Origin: Octopus vulgaris
Taxonomy: Eukaryota
Assembly (NCBI GenBank): GCA_951406725.2
Contig: OX597824.1
Coordinates: 22,754,001-22,818,000 of the forward strand
Reading direction: 5' to 3'
Length of the DNA stretch: 64,000 nucleotides
Below the pieces are notes generated by a model. That model was not told the DNA's origin, ran no database searches, and saw only the letters and a program-made list of their open reading frames with translations. The translations under genes were made by a program, and so were the position numbers. The number at the start of each line of letters is the position of its first letter. The first letter of the stretch is position 1. Below are positions 41,450 through 56,077 of the stretch, one piece after another.

Positions 41450-42171
41450 AGTACTCTTGATGATGGAATCAATGTTGGAGTATCTTAGGCTGCAAATGCT
41501 TTTGGAAAACTATTCCATCGTTAATGAGAAGAACACTGTCAGTTTAATTCACACATATGTGCAGGGCAGAAGCATGGACTTCCCGCTACAGACATATAAA
41601 GAAACTTGAAACATTGCACATGTCCTGTTTGTACAATATCTGCAACATACAATGGCAAGATTTCAAATGTCAAAATTTGAGAAAAATGTAATATCTCCAG
41701 TATCAAAAGCCTGCTCTTGAGAATTCAATGCAGATGGTTAGGACATGTTCGAATGGAAGATGATCACATTGCATTAATTATTTTGTGTGGCTGACAAAAA
41801 GAGGGATACTGTGGTAAAGGAAGACCTTTCATTAGATATAAGAACAATTTGAAGCTAAAATCTCTACAGCTTAATTTAACATCTTGGGAAAGATCGATGT
41901 GAGTGGCATTCAAAATTTGTTGTGAGGCATCTAAATAATTTATGTTGAAGAAACAGATCAATGAAAGAATCACATTCTGCAGCAATAACAACAACAACCA
42001 CCACCACCACCACCACCACTATCACCACTACCACCACCGCCACCGCCACCGCCACCACCACCACCGCTACCGCCACCCCCACCACCACCACCACCACCAC
42101 CACCACCGCCACCCCCACCATCCGCCACCGCCACCCCACCACCACCGCCACCGCCACCGCCACCACCACCG

Positions 42172-42223
<52 letters not shown>

Positions 42224-42574
42224 TGTTTAACGTCCGTTTTCCATGATAGCACGGGTTGGATGGTTCGACCGGGGTCTGGGATGCCAGGAGGCTGTACCAG
42301 GCTCCAGTCTGATTTGGCAGTGTTTCTACAGTTGGATGCCCTTCTTAACGCCAACCACTCCGTGAGTGTAGTAGGTGCTTTTTATATGCCACCGGCACAG
42401 GGGCCAGGGGGAGGCTGGCAGCGACCACAATCAGTTGGTGCTTTTTATGTGCCACCGGCACAGACATATTTGTCCAGTCCCAGACATAACCAAAATCCTC
42501 AATGTCCCCATTGTGACTTCATAGCAAAATCCATACCCGAACCCAAATTACACCAATGCAGCCATTGCAAATAG
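41450..42574 (+). pseudogene. Decayed RTE/BovB-type ORF2 C-terminus, interrupted by (ACC)n and an RTE 3' copy (42188-42461, minus)
   Basis: NAFGKL, LHMSCLYNICNIQWQD, RWLGHVRMEDD, GKGRPFIRYK, terminal CPHC..H..H finger. Confidence 0.65.
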
Positions 42575-42667
42575 ATGCAGCCTCTTTTATTTGTGATCTT
42601 TTTTCTTTAAAATCCTTTCATTCAAACACTCATACATCAAAATCAATGCGAGTGAGCAATAGTAATG

Positions 42668-43077
42668 GGGTGGCTGTGTGGTAAGTAGCTTGCTTACCAA
42701 CCACATGGTTCCGGGTTCAGTCCCACTGCATGGCACCTTGGGCAAGTGTCTTCTGTTATAGCCCCGGGCCGACCAAAGCCTTGTGAGTAGATTCGGTAGA
42801 CGGAAACTGAAAGAAGCCTGTCGTATATATGTATATATGTATGTATGCGTGTGTGTGTGTGTTTGTGTGTCTGTGTTTGTCCCCCTAGCATTGCTTGACA
42901 ACAACCGATGCCGGTGTGTTTATGTCCCCGTTACTTAGCGGTTCGGCAAAAGAGACCGATAGAATAAGTACTGGGCTTACAAAAGAATAAGTACCGGGGT
43001 CGAGTTGCTCGACTAAAGGCGGTGCTCCAGCATGGCCGCAGTCAAATGACTGAAACAAGTAAAAGAATAAAAGAATA
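42668..43077 (+). mobile_element. Full-length SINE family A
   Basis: Near-identical to 12426-12842. Confidence 0.92.
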
Positions 43078-43329
43078 TAAACGAATCCATGGGAGTGACC
43101 AATAGTAACGATATTAAAATTAGAATCATGCATACTCATACTTTATCTCTTATTGTTAATATTCTATGCTGTGTAAACTTATGTTTTCTGTGTAACTTCC
43201 AGCGCTTCGTCTATGTCATTGTATTGTCCCTTTCGTCTATCACCAAGGTGACAAATGAAGGAAATTAAGATGATGATGATTTCTTTCATCATCATAGTCG
43301 TCCTCCTCCTCCTCCTCCTCCTCATCATC

Positions 43330-43373
<44 letters not shown>

Positions 43374-43410
43374 CAGCACTGCTATTATTATTATTATTAT
43401 TATTATTATT

Positions 43411-43574
43411 TGGCACGTAAAAAGCACCCACTACACTCACGGAGTGGTTGGCGTTAGGAAGGGCATCCAGCCGTAGAAACCCTGCCAGATCAGACTGGGC
43501 CTGATGCAGCCTTCTGGCTTCACAGACCCCAGTTGAACCGTCCAACCCATGCTAGCATGGAAAGCGGACGCTAA

Positions 43575-43624
<50 letters not shown>

Positions 43625-43650
43625 ATGATGATGATGATGATGATGATCAT
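43411..43650 (+). mobile_element. RTE 3' end with long (GAT)n tail
   Basis: Terminal block. Confidence 0.85.
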
Positions 43651-44125
43651 CATCATCATCATAATCATCATCATTACTATTATTATTATTGTCCCCAGCA
43701 TCAGTTGATAACCAATGCTGGTGTGTTTACATCCCTGTAACTTAGCGGTTCGGCAAAAAAACCCCCCAAAAATCCGATAGAATAAGTACTAGGTTTTTCA
43801 AAGAATAAGTCCTGCCTGGGGTCAGATCGATTTGCTCGATCGACAAAAGGCGGTGCTCCCGCCGCAGGGCCACAGTCAAATGACTTTAAAAACAAGTAAA
43901 AAAGAGTAAAAAAAGAGTAAAAAGAGATCTGCTCAAATAAAACTGACGATCTAGGACAAGACGCGCATCATCTCACCTTTGAAAAACCTAAGATTAAGTT
44001 GACATGGCACAGGTGCAACAAGTGCAATTGATCTGCAATAAGCAATCATTTACAAAATGCAACCCAGACTGCTGCAGGCACGAACAACTTGATTGCAGTT
44101 GTTTGAGCAGCATTATCTACCTTGG

Positions 44126-44139
44126 GTTGCTATGGTAAC
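44126..44139. promoter_or_regulatory. RFX X-box (GTTGCTATGGTAAC)
   Basis: Matches the X-box consensus; lies in a non-repetitive island. Confidence 0.55.
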
Positions 44140-44879
44140 CATAAGAAAGTCATATGATGGTCAGTCGGGTTTTTTTTTTTTTTTACCTTTTCTTTCTTTT
44201 ATTTATTTATTTATTTTTTTTTTTTTATTTATTTATTCATACGTATATTTTTTTATCTGTTTTGTATATATTTATACTCCCATATATATATATATATATT
44301 AGTTTTTTTATTTATGTTTTTGTCTTCATATTTGTAATTATTTATTTATGCTTATTTTGCACACAAGTATTTTATGATTTTATTTACTTATTTATTCATT
44401 CATTTATTTATTCTGTATCGATAATCACCACCACCATCATCATCATCAGCATCATCATCATTATCATTGTCGTTGTCATCGTTGTCATCATCATCATCAC
44501 CATTATCATCATCATCATTGTTGTTCATCATTATTATTACACTTTATGTCCAATTTTGTTTTGCCCCCCCCCCCACCACCACCTCATCTGTCACCATGGT
44601 GGCAAAGAGAAGAAATCATTATCATTATTATTGTTGTTGGTGTTGTTATTGTTGAAGGCATCAATCTGACAGAATCATTAGCACGGCAGTCAAAATGCAT
44701 TTTTATGTTCTGAGTTCAAATTCTGCTGAGGTTGACTTTGTTTTACATCCTTTTGGGGTTGATAAAATAAGTACCAGCTGAGCACTGGGGGTGATGTAAT
44801 TGATTTACTCCTTCCCCTAAATTGCTGGCCTTGTGCCAAAATTCGAAACCATTATCATCATCACCATTATCATTATTGC

Positions 44880-44920
<41 letters not shown>

Positions 44921-44929
44921 TTTTTATTT

Positions 44930-45535
44930 TTATTGAGTGAGAGAGCAGTGCATGCCATCAAAGTGACACTGGGGTAAAATATACGAAGTCCAGTATACCC
45001 ATCATGACTACTCATCTGATAAGGGTACACCAGGCACATGCATCACAACCATATGTGTGCGACATGGTGATCCCATATCAAGATTAACGGCGCATGACCT
45101 TGCAGGTGGGGCCCCAGTTAGAATTTTCTTCAGGTTGAGTAGCCCATCCTGCTCAAGATATCCCTGAATAAGGGTTGTTTAAGGATGTTGAACAAAACAC
45201 CCATGTTTCCAAAGGTGAATTGTCCAAACCCCAAAGAATTCCTCTCAACACATGGCTATGATGCTCCCGCACTACTTCTGCTTGCGATCAGAGATGCACA
45301 TATCGTCAGCCACTAAGGGACATGCTCAACTGGTTAAGGTCAAACAACTGAGATGCAAATGTGTGGTATTGAGCAGAATATTTGCTGTAGCCCATCTTTT
45401 ATACCAAGACAAAACAATGTACATGATAACACCTCCAATCAGTTAAGATCAGAATTCATGAGAGCCACTGCCTGGTATTGCATCAGGGCAATATCAAATC
45501 TGTGGTATTAAGCAGAATATTTGCTGTAGCCCATC

Positions 45536-45540
<5 letters not shown>
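44930..45540 (-). mobile_element. Unclassified insert in (TAA)n, probably non-LTR derived
   Basis: GC-richer 600-bp block between (TAT)n arrays; internal ~37-bp duplication at 45363 and 45502; minus strand ends AATAAA then (AATAAA/TAA)n. Confidence 0.45.
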
Positions 45541-45583
<43 letters not shown>

Positions 45584-45849
45584 ATTATTATTAATATTAT
45601 TATTATTAATATTATTATTAATATTATTATTATTACCAGTGGGTGAACCACCCACCGTAAGCTTAATATCCCATTTGAATTTAATGTGTTTTTGATGTTG
45701 CTACTGTTCTCGTTAATATACTTGTTTGTTTTGGTTTATTTTTTTCTTGTCATATTAGTGTTACCATCAATAATGGAAAAATGTCCAGTGACAAGTCAGA
45801 TAAAGAATTACTAAAAACATCAACCACCTACACACGCACATTCTCTTTT

Positions 45850-46262
<413 letters not shown>

Positions 46263-46414
46263 TTCACACACAATCTCAATGGGCTGACATTTTTTTCTGT
46301 CTTGAATAATTAAACACTGTTATATAATGTTTTCAGCTCAATCAACTGGAATTTATAACGCAATAATCTGTAATGTTCAGAGTCAATGGATTAGTTAACA
46401 GTGGGAAATAACAC

Positions 46415-47014
46415 GGCGAACCAGATGGTGCAGCCATCTGGTTTGCCAGGCCTCAGTCAAATCGTCCAACCCATGCTAGCATGGAAAGCAGACGTTAAAC
46501 AATAATGATGATGAGGATGATATATACATATGTAAAAGGCACCATCCAAGCGTGACCTTTACCAGTATTGCCTTACTGGCACCTGTGCCGGTGGCATGTG
46601 TAAAAGATTCGAGCGAGGTCGTTGCCAATACTGCCTGACTGGCCCTGTGCCGGTGGCATGTAAAAGCACCCTCTACACTCTCGGAGTGTTTGGTGTTAGG
46701 AAAGGCATCAAAGCTGTAGAAACTCTGCAAGATAAAGATTGAAGCCTGGTGCAGCCATCTGGTTCGCCAGCCCTCAGTCAAATTGTCCAACCCACAGTAG
46801 CATGGAAAGCGGACATTAAACGACGATGATGGGGTGAAAGAGAGAAAGTTGGGGGCAAAAGAGTACAACAGGGGTCACTACCACCCCCTGCCAGAGCCTC
46901 ATGGAGCTTTAGGTGTTTTCACATAATAAACACACACAACACCCGGTCTGGAAATTGAAACTGCGATCCTCCGACCGCGAGTCCGCTGCCCTAACCACTG
47001 GGCCATTGCGCCTC
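46415..47014. mobile_element. Two RTE 3' ends (+) followed by a family C SINE (-)
   Basis: Matches to other copies in window. Confidence 0.8.
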
Positions 47015-47463
47015 TGATTACACTAGTGCCATATCAGATTATGTAGAAGCACCCTCGTCGGTTAATGTAATAGGATACTGAACAAGATGTGGATGTGTCA
47101 GGCTGCTGACAATATATTGTGTATGCTACTGTATACAGTAAGAAATAAAGAGCTTTTGTTTCATACCTCCATATTTCCAGATGGTCTGAGAAATCCATAA
47201 CAGTAACTTGATGGTTACATGATGATAATTGGAAAGAATGACGTCAAAAAATATCATGTAGATAATGTGGAGAATGTGTTGAAGTCTTTAAAACTAATTA
47301 ACCTAGTTATTATGTAAAGAAAGACAAGATAACTATAACCATATACACTTACACAAACATACATGCGAACAAACACACACATGTGTGTGTGTATGTTTGT
47401 ATAAATAAACAATTCATTTACAATACATACACATACACACACACATACACACATGCACAAGCA

Positions 47464-47527
<64 letters not shown>

Positions 47528-47539
47528 TATAGATATATA

Positions 47540-47625
<86 letters not shown>

Positions 47626-47677
47626 TATATATACATATATATATATATACTTATATACATACATATATATATATTAA

Positions 47678-48000
47678 AAGACTCCGCCGGTTACGACGAC
47701 GAGGGTCCCAGCTGATACGATCAACGGAACAGCTTGCTCGTGAAATTAACGTGCAAATGGCTGAGCATTCCACAGACACGTGTACCCTTAACGTAGTTCT
47801 CGGGGATAATCAGCGTGACACAGAGAGTGACAAGGCTGACCCTTTGAAATACAAGTACAACTCATTTTTGCCAGCTGAGTGGACTGGAGCAATGTGAAAT
47901 AAAGTGTCTTGCTCAAGGACACAATGCGTCGCCGGGAATCGAACTCACAACCTTACGATCATGAGCCGAATGCCCTAACCACTAAGCCACGCGCCCTCAC
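47678..48000 (-). mobile_element. tRNA-derived SINE, full length
   Basis: A box tggcttagtggtt, B box gagttcgattccc; middle shares aagggtcagccttgtcac with the 8536 copy. Confidence 0.85.
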
Positions 48001-48769
48001 ACACATATATATATATATATACATACATACATACATACATATATATAGATATATATATATATATATATATGCACCGATAAAAGCAGTCCAGGGCATTGCT
48101 TTTCTTTTAGTAAAAAACGTGGGACTAGATGCAGAAACAATGTGGTTAGGAAGCACATCTCAACCACAGAGCCATGTCTGGCCCAACATGTGTGTGTGTG
48201 TGTGTAAGATTGGGAGAAAGCTTAGTGAAATTTTACATACCACATGTAAAATGTGAACTGCTATTAGTTATTAAAAAAAAATATCTCTGCTTATTTTTTA
48301 TCTTGATTTGCAGGTATTTATAGAAATACTTTACGTAGTAGATATTTAAGAATACTTAGAAAACTACTCACATGCACACATACATATATATCCAACAATA
48401 CTTACCACACACCTATATATGAAAGCACAAGATCATTTGCACACATTTATACGCGAATGTCTTTGTGTATGCATTTATATGCATGTATGTTGACGGATGT
48501 GCGTGCATGTCCTATATCTTTTATTTGTCATTATCTACTTGTTTTGATCATAAGACTGTGGCCATGCTGGGGCATTGCCTTGAAGAACTTTTTGTCGAAT
48601 GAATTGACCCCAGGACTTTTTTTAAGCCTGGCACTTATTCTATCAGTCTCTTTTGCCAAACTGCAAAGTTACAGGCACATAAACACACCAACACTGGTTG
48701 TGAAGTGGTAGGTGGAGGAACCAACAGAGACATAAAGACACTCAAATGTTTGCTTATATATATATATAT

Positions 48770-49322
48770 ACAAGCAAAACGCCTCCCCCGTCCAATGGAT
48801 GGTGCCGAGTTGCCAAACATTTAAACCAAATTTTCTCAAAACAACTTGTCTGACCGTCCCATAGGCCTCCCCTTTGAGAAACACTGATTTAACCTAAATT
48901 TGAGACACCAACAAAAGAAGAAATAAAGATAGACTGTTTTCTATTCCACAGAAAAACGATTTTATTCACACAAATATGCAACCGAAGAGTTTAAAGTACC
49001 AGTAATGATAAGGCTGTTGACTGGGAGAACACAAACATGGTTTAAACAGTAAGCTTGGCAGGAAAGATAAGTGTCTTTAAGCAGTACAAAATCAACAAAA
49101 AATGGAATGTACAGTTATGTACAGGTTGATGGAAGAAAAGCAGGACAAAAACGGCTTTATCGATCACATTCTCACCTGGAATCGATTTTTGTAAATTTTT
49201 CAAGACTTATACATGCCCTGATACAGTCAGTATCTACATATCAAATTTGAGCGCAATCAAATGGAAGATGCCCACACACACACACACACAGACAGACAGA
49301 CAGAATGGATTTTATGTAAGAT
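48770..49322 (+). mobile_element. Possible Helitron/Helentron-type non-autonomous element
   Basis: caaatttgagcgcaatc then (CA)n(GACA)n subterminal repeat; resemblance only. Confidence 0.3.
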
Positions 49323-49342
49323 ATATATATATATATATATAT

Positions 49343-49575
49343 AACTTATAAACAATGGCAAAAGGAAAAATTCTAATGCCAAATAGGCTGAAAATAGACA
49401 AATCGTCAATAACCATATAATTTATTGACAGTTTGTCTATTTTCGGCAAATTTGGCATTAGAATTTTTTCTTTTGCCCTTGTTTATAAGTTGTTTATAAA
49501 TTTAACCTTAAAAGGTGTTTTTTAATATGCTGGCCATTGATAGAATTTTTTTCGGAAAATTTTATCCTATATTAG
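49343..49575 (+). mobile_element. Hairpin-headed element in (TA)n (palindrome 49343-49491)
   Basis: Right arm matches 3092-3152; ends ttttatcctata. Confidence 0.7.
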
Positions 49576-49620
49576 ATATATATATATATATATGGGTCTC
49601 CTTGGGACTGCTTATATCAA

Positions 49621-49668
<48 letters not shown>

Positions 49669-49749
49669 TGCTTGTATATGTGTGTGTGTGTGTGTATGTA
49701 TTGTAAATGAATTGTATATTTATACAAATATATACACACATGCGCACAC

Positions 49750-50620
49750 ATGTGTGATGGATGAGGAGAGATGTGTGAAGAAGTGCCACTTCAAAACAGT
49801 TGAAGGTATCCTGGAGAGAGGTAGACCCAGGAAGACATGGTAGACCCAGGAAGATGAGGTGGTCAAGCATGACCTTCGAACGTTGGGCCTCAGAGAGGCA
49901 ATGACGAAAGACCGAGATCTCTGGAGTTATGATGTGACTGCAAAAACCCGACAAATAATGTGAGTTCATGGCTGTTTCCTGCACCAATTTCACATAGACC
50001 CACCCCATCCAAAGTTCCTTGGATTACAGAACGACCTGCTGTGCTTACCTTGGATCGTAGGGTAACCTGCTGTGCTTGAGGAGAACTATTGAGTCAAGTA
50101 CATCAAATCAAAATAAATATCAAATGGAAATTGTAGTTGTGATACCTGCACGTAAAAAGCACTATCCGAATGTGGCCAATGCTAGTTCCACCTTGACTGG
50201 CTTCTGTGCCGGTGGCATGTGACTTACTGTGCTTGAGGAGACCTATTGAGTCAAGTACATCAACATCAAAATAAATACCAAATGGAAATTGTAGTTGTGA
50301 TACCTGTGTCGGTTGAATGTAAAAAGCACCATCCGAACGTGGCTGATGCCAGTGCCGCCTTGACTGGCTTCTGTTCCAGTGGCACGTAAAAAGCACCAAC
50401 CAATCGTAGCTGCTGCAGCCTCCCCTGGCACCTTTGCCGGTGGCACGTAAAAAGCACCTACTACACTCACGGAGTGGTTGGCATTAGGAAGGGCATCCAG
50501 CTGTAGAAACACTGCCAGATCAGACTGGAGCCTGGTACAGCTTCCTGGCTTCCCAAACCCCGGTCGAACCATCCAACCCATGCTAGCACGGAAAATGGAC
50601 ATTGAATGATGATGATGATA
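49750..50620 (+). mobile_element. Longest RTE 3' copy: ORF2 end plus modular 3' UTR
   Basis: MDEERCVKKC..VEG..RGRPRKTW, DEVVKHDLRTLGLREAMTKDRDLW then UTR modules and (GAT)n. Confidence 0.9.
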
Positions 50621-51414
50621 TGATGGATTCTCCCAGCAAAGTTGATGATTGAGAGTTAAGCTTTTGCTGAAACACCTGCACAGTTGATTTATTTATAGTG
50701 ATGAGATGTAATTGCTTGTTCATTAGCTCACTCTTTCCATCAAATGAACATTACCTGGTGCATTAAAGGTGCATGGTGTGACATGCAACAGGTGTTTAAG
50801 TGATCACAGAGCAACATGAGATGAAGTGTTTTGCACAACAATGCACCACCTGGTCTAGGAACTGAAATCATGATTGCTAGATCATGAATACAATACCCTA
50901 ACCACTGAGCCATGTGAACTTAACATGTCTTCAAACACACACACACACACACACACAAATGCATGCATGCATACATATATCTATGATGAGTATCATGTGC
51001 TACTTTCAGTTTCTGTCTGCCAAATCAACTCATAAGGCTTTGGTCGGCCCAAGATACATATCCATGCTGCCACACAGTGGGACTGAACCTTGGACCATGT
51101 GGTTAGGAAGCAAACTTCTTACAACACAGCCATACCTGCTCATATGTGTTTTATGCCATCAAATGCAGAAACACACACACACACACACACAACACACACA
51201 CTTGTGGCAGTGTCGTAAGAAGCTTGCTTCTCAACCACCACATGGTTCCAGGTTCAGTCCCACTGTGTGACACCAAGGGCAAATGTTTTCTACTAAAGCC
51301 TTGGGCCAACCAAAGCCTTGTTAGTGGATTTGGTAGACAGAAACTAACCTCGTGTATACCGTTGGCGATTTTTTTTCCTCTGTCTTCCCTTCTCTGGATC
51401 TTTCCTTCTCCTAT

Positions 51415-51449
51415 GTTTCCGACGAAGAGCTCCGCTCGAAACGTTAAAC
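51415..51449 (+). ncRNA. Minimal hammerhead motif (core CCGACGA) in element 51348-51546
   Basis: gttt-CCGACGA-a-gagc-tcc-gctc-GAAAC-GT-T-aaac. Confidence 0.6.
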
Positions 51450-51794
51450 CCTCCTTCTTTCCTTCTTTCCTGAGTGTCCAATAATACTATATTTGTTCCA
51501 CGTCCTCGCGTTGTGTTTTTTTGTGCTTTCTTGTTTGGATTAACTATATATATATATATATATAAATATTTGTCTCCTTGTAATCACTTGACAACTAATG
51601 TTAGTGTGTTTATGTCCCTGTAACTTAGCAATTTGGCAAAAGAGACCGATAGAATAAATACTAGGCTTACAGGGAATAAGTTTCTTAGACTGACGGTGGT
51701 GCTCCAGTATGGTCGCAATCAAATGACTGAAAACAAGTAAAAGAATAAAAGAGTATATATATATATGTGTATATGTATATGTGTATATGTATGT

Positions 51795-51837
<43 letters not shown>

Positions 51838-52203
51838 CATACACATATATGTATGTGTTTGTTGAAAGGAAATATTAACATAGATGGATGCACATGCATA
51901 CACACACATACATGCATATAGATGTATGTGTAAAGGCATGCATATATATGTGTCCAGATGTTCTTTCACTTTCATGTATGTGTATGTCTGATAAGTATTG
52001 TTGATTATGTATGTATGTGAGTAGTTTGGAAAATATTCGTAAATATTTACTACATAAAATGTTTCCATAAATACCCGTGAATCAAGATAAAAATTAGCAG
52101 AGATATTTTTTGAATAGCCAATGTTATGAATAACATTTTGCATGTGGTATATAAAATTTTACTGATAGCCTCTTCTTCTCTCTCTTACACACACACATAC
52201 ACA

Positions 52204-53107
52204 CAGAGTGCGATGGATAAATTGTCGTCATTTTATATTTTTAATTTCATGCATGCACATTGTTTGCTTTTAATTTTGTTGATTACACAGTATAGTAGGG
52301 TCAGTTGGACACCATCTGTGAGTAAAACAGCACCATGACACAACACGATTCACTCTACCAGAAATTTGGAAACTAGATGCTGTACTGCTTGGCATTGGCA
52401 CCAGAATTTCCAATATGAACATTTCAGAGAGTTTGGGTGTCAGTCTGAGGACAGTGCAGTCTGAGAACATGTACTGAGAGTGATTAAAATCAAACATCCA
52501 GTCAACAACATGGTGTTTGGAGTGATCACTAGTGATGGGGACATTGTGCCTCCATTCCTCTTCCCACATAACTTCAGTTTCAACATGGAGGCCTACATCA
52601 AGTGTCTGGTAGAGGCAGTGCTGCCATGGTCAAGAGGATTGGTCAAGAGAATGGCTACTGGAAGACCTTATGTCTGGCAACATAACTCTGCACCATGCCA
52701 CACAAGCAAGAGAACCCAGTCATGGCTGTCAGACAATTTCTGCAACCCCATCCTCCCTAACATCTGGCCACCTAACTCCCCAGACTGCAGCCCCCTTGAT
52801 TATTATGTGTAGGGCACAGTTGAGGGAGACCAATAAAACTCCTTGTAACACCAAAGACGAACTGAACACAAAGATTATGGCAATATTCACCAACTTGAAC
52901 AAGGAGACCATCCAGAAGAGTTGCAGGAGATTCTGAAGTCATCTGGAGGCCATGGTTGAAGCCAATGACGATTTTATTGAATAGATATAGTCTTTAGTAT
53001 TTCAAGATATAGTTATGTAATTTTGGTAAATATATCTATCAAAATGAGATGTCAGTGATATTTTCATTTTTGCATAATTAAGATGATGGTTTGTTCACCA
53101 CAGCCTG
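52204..53107 (+). mobile_element. maT/DD37D-type Tc1-mariner deletion derivative
   Basis: Degenerate TIRs; MVFGVITSDG, YVWQHNSAPCHTS, WPPNSPDCSPLDYYV, SHLEAMVEAN. Confidence 0.85.
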
Positions 53108-53130
53108 TATATATATATATATATAATTTA

Positions 53131-53312
53131 TATAATTAAGGCGTTAGCAAAAAGTTGTGGTGAAGTAACTTTTTGCTAAACCCTTAATTATAGTTATAAT
53201 TATAAAAAAAAACTTTTTATATAAGTTTTTACCAATAATGGTTTTTTCCATACCGAAGCTACTTGGTGAAATTTGTTAATTATTAAATTAATAATTTTTT
53301 ACTCTATATCTA
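53131..53312 (+). mobile_element. Hairpin-headed element (apex deleted); sister of 62310-62520
   Basis: Palindrome 53131-53192, colinear body, ends ttttactctata. Confidence 0.75.
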
Positions 53313-53689
53313 TAATATATATATATATAAAATTATATAGATAAAATTATTTAGTTTTTAAAGTAAGGATATATAATGATAAAGCCATCACTTATAACTT
53401 ACTTAAGTGTTATCATTATACACAAATCCGAACTTCTGCTATATAAATGCCATAGAGAAATATACTTTCTGGAACGTTAACGAACATTAGCGAATGTGTA
53501 TGTTGAATATGATTTTGTGTTCTTTTAACCGCTATAAAAAAAATTCAACACAGTCATTTGACTGTGGCCATGCTAGAGCACTGCCTTTAGTGAAACAAAT
53601 CGACCCCAGTACTTATTCTTTGTTAGCGTAGTACTTATTCTATCGGTGTCTTTTGCCGAACTACTAAGTTACGGGTATTAGGTTTGATA

Positions 53690-54187
53690 ACGGTCTTCAG
53701 CAAATTCACATAGATGTCTGAATTGAGCCTAAGGTCTTGTTCAAAGATACGGGTGGACATGATATGACCCTCACTGAACACACAATAGAGACTACAACAG
53801 TTTGGGGAAACTTAGTGTCCATGATGTTCATTCTACATTTTACAGCCTTTATTGTGTTCACAAAGCATTGACCAGCAGTCACAATGTCAGCATTTTGATA
53901 CCCGGCACAGATCATCTTTCCCAATATTCGGATTGTTTCCAGTCCTTCATGTCAGCTAGCTTTTTTCTCAACTACATCTTTAATCTTTATGTTCTCCAAC
54001 ACCATTGACTATTGTCCACCCCCAGCCCCACCCCCACCCCAAAAAACAGACATAGTTCTAAAATACAAATAATCATCATCTTTTGAAAATTAATCATATT
54101 TCCTTACAAAAAAATAAGAATAACGAATACGAAGATGTTATGGCAAAGTGTTATTTTACTGGTGCATGACTTTTGTGCTACTCTGTA
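53690..54187 (-). mobile_element. Probable Tc1/mariner left end with decayed N-terminal ORF
   Basis: TA-cagagtagcacaaaagtcatgcacc terminus; HTH-like KMICAGYQNADIV..NTIKAVK. Confidence 0.4.
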
Positions 54188-54244
54188 TATAAATATATAT
54201 ATATATATAATCAAAATAAGCAACAAAGATATCCAGAGGTAATG

Positions 54245-54327
54245 CAGTACAATCGTTTCATGCAACTCCATTTAATTGAACAATGCAATCATTACATCAA
54301 TTTGAAATGCAAAGCAATCTTCAGCTG
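54245..54327 (-). ncRNA. Hammerhead motif
   Basis: cag-CTGAAGA-ttgc...gcat-GAAA-cgattg-TA-ctg. Confidence 0.55.
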
Positions 54328-54402
54328 TACAAATACATAGAATTTAATTAAATTAGAACAGATGGACACATTAGTATAATTATACCTAAAATCTCCAAGT
54401 AT

Positions 54403-54572
54403 AAGCACCCACTACACTCTCGGAGTGGTTGGCATTAGGAAGGGCATCCAGCTGTAGAAACTCTGCCAGATCAGACTGGAGCCTGGTGCAGCCATCTGGT
54501 TTGCCAGTCCTCAGTCAAATCATCCAACCCATGCTAGCATGGAAAGCGGACGTTAAACGATGATGATGATGA
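54403..54572 (+). mobile_element. RTE 3' end
   Basis: Terminal block plus (GAT)n. Confidence 0.85.
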
Positions 54573-54817
54573 TTATTATTGGTTATTATTATTAATGGTT
54601 ATGGAGATAGAGTATACTGGAAACTTTATCACAACGTTCATTTCAACACATGCTGCACCTAATGTAGACCTGGTAATGATTGCGCAGTTACCATGGATGA
54701 TGCCAGGTAGCTATAGTTAGTGAACGTGCCTTGTCAGCATACTACTAGGAACATACCCAAAATGCAGTTAAAATTTTTAACTTAAATCTAAACTTAAATT
54801 TTTGACATATACATACA

Positions 54818-55174
54818 TAGGCGTAGGAGTGGCTGTGTGGTAAGTAGCTTGCTTACCAATCACATGGTTCCGGGGTCAGTCCCACTGTGTGACACCTTGG
54901 CCGAGTGTTTTCCTTTATAGCCTCGGGCCGACCAAAGCCTTGTGAGTGGATTTGGTAGATGGAAACTGAAAGAAGCCTGCCGTGTATATGTATATATATG
55001 TGTGTGTTTGTGGTCTGCGTTTGTTCCCCCAACATCGCTTGACAACCGATAGAATAAGTACTAGACTTACAAAGAATAAGTCCTGGGGTTGATTTGCTCG
55101 ACTAAAGGCGGTGCTCCAGCATGGCCAGTCAAATGACTGATACAAGTAAAAGAGTAAAAAGCGAGTAAAAGAGT
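54818..55174 (+). mobile_element. SINE family A with internal deletion
   Basis: Deletion between two accgat repeats. Confidence 0.88.
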
Positions 55175-55175
55175 A

Positions 55176-55206
<31 letters not shown>

Positions 55207-55689
55207 GTACGTACGTATGTATGTATGTATGTATGTATGTATATATTTTGTTGACGTCATAAAAGTTTCAAAAATGTCTATAAAATTTTGCGAGAACATG
55301 AGATAATTCTTTTTGGGAACTGGATCTCAAAGCAGAGAAAGCTATAAATAATAGCAAGTAATTACAGGATTGCAAAACCTTTTTGGATAGAAAAACTCGA
55401 CATCTGCCTATAAAAATACATACATACTAATATGTACACATACATGCATAACACATGTGCATATAGTAGCAGACAAATAATATTGCGAGAAGTGGGGAGT
55501 GAGTGTGTGTGTACATGTGTGGATATGTGCGGGGTTTCTAGGAGTTTGGGAATGATCCAGAGAGTTGGGCTACCTATCAGCCAGTGATAATTACAGGTGT
55601 GAAGCAGAAAATACAACTTTCTATAAATATGCTAAGATATTCCTTTCGTTGTCTAAATATATCAATTCCATTGAAGTACGTCTGTATTC

Positions 55690-56043
55690 ATGTATGTAAG
55701 TATGTATGTGTCTGTGGTGTGTATGCTTGCAAGAATATATGTATATGTATGTATGTGTGTATGTATGCATGTATGTTTTTATGTATGCATGTATGTGTGT
55801 ATGTATGTATGTGTGTATGTATGTATGTATGTGTGTATGCATGTATGCATGTATGTATGTTTGTATGTATGTATGTATGTATGTATGTGCGTATGTATGT
55901 ATGTATGTATGTATGTATGCATGCATGTATGTGTGTGTGTATGTATGTATGTATGTATGCATGCATGCATTCATGTATATATGTATGTATGTATGCATGC
56001 ATGCATGCATGTATGTATGTATGTATGTATGTATACATCCATG

Positions 56044-56077
<34 letters not shown>

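Noticed and set aside
47167-47285. Possible minus-strand exon ending GAG|GTATGA
   Set aside because: Weak acceptor and unrecognisable peptide
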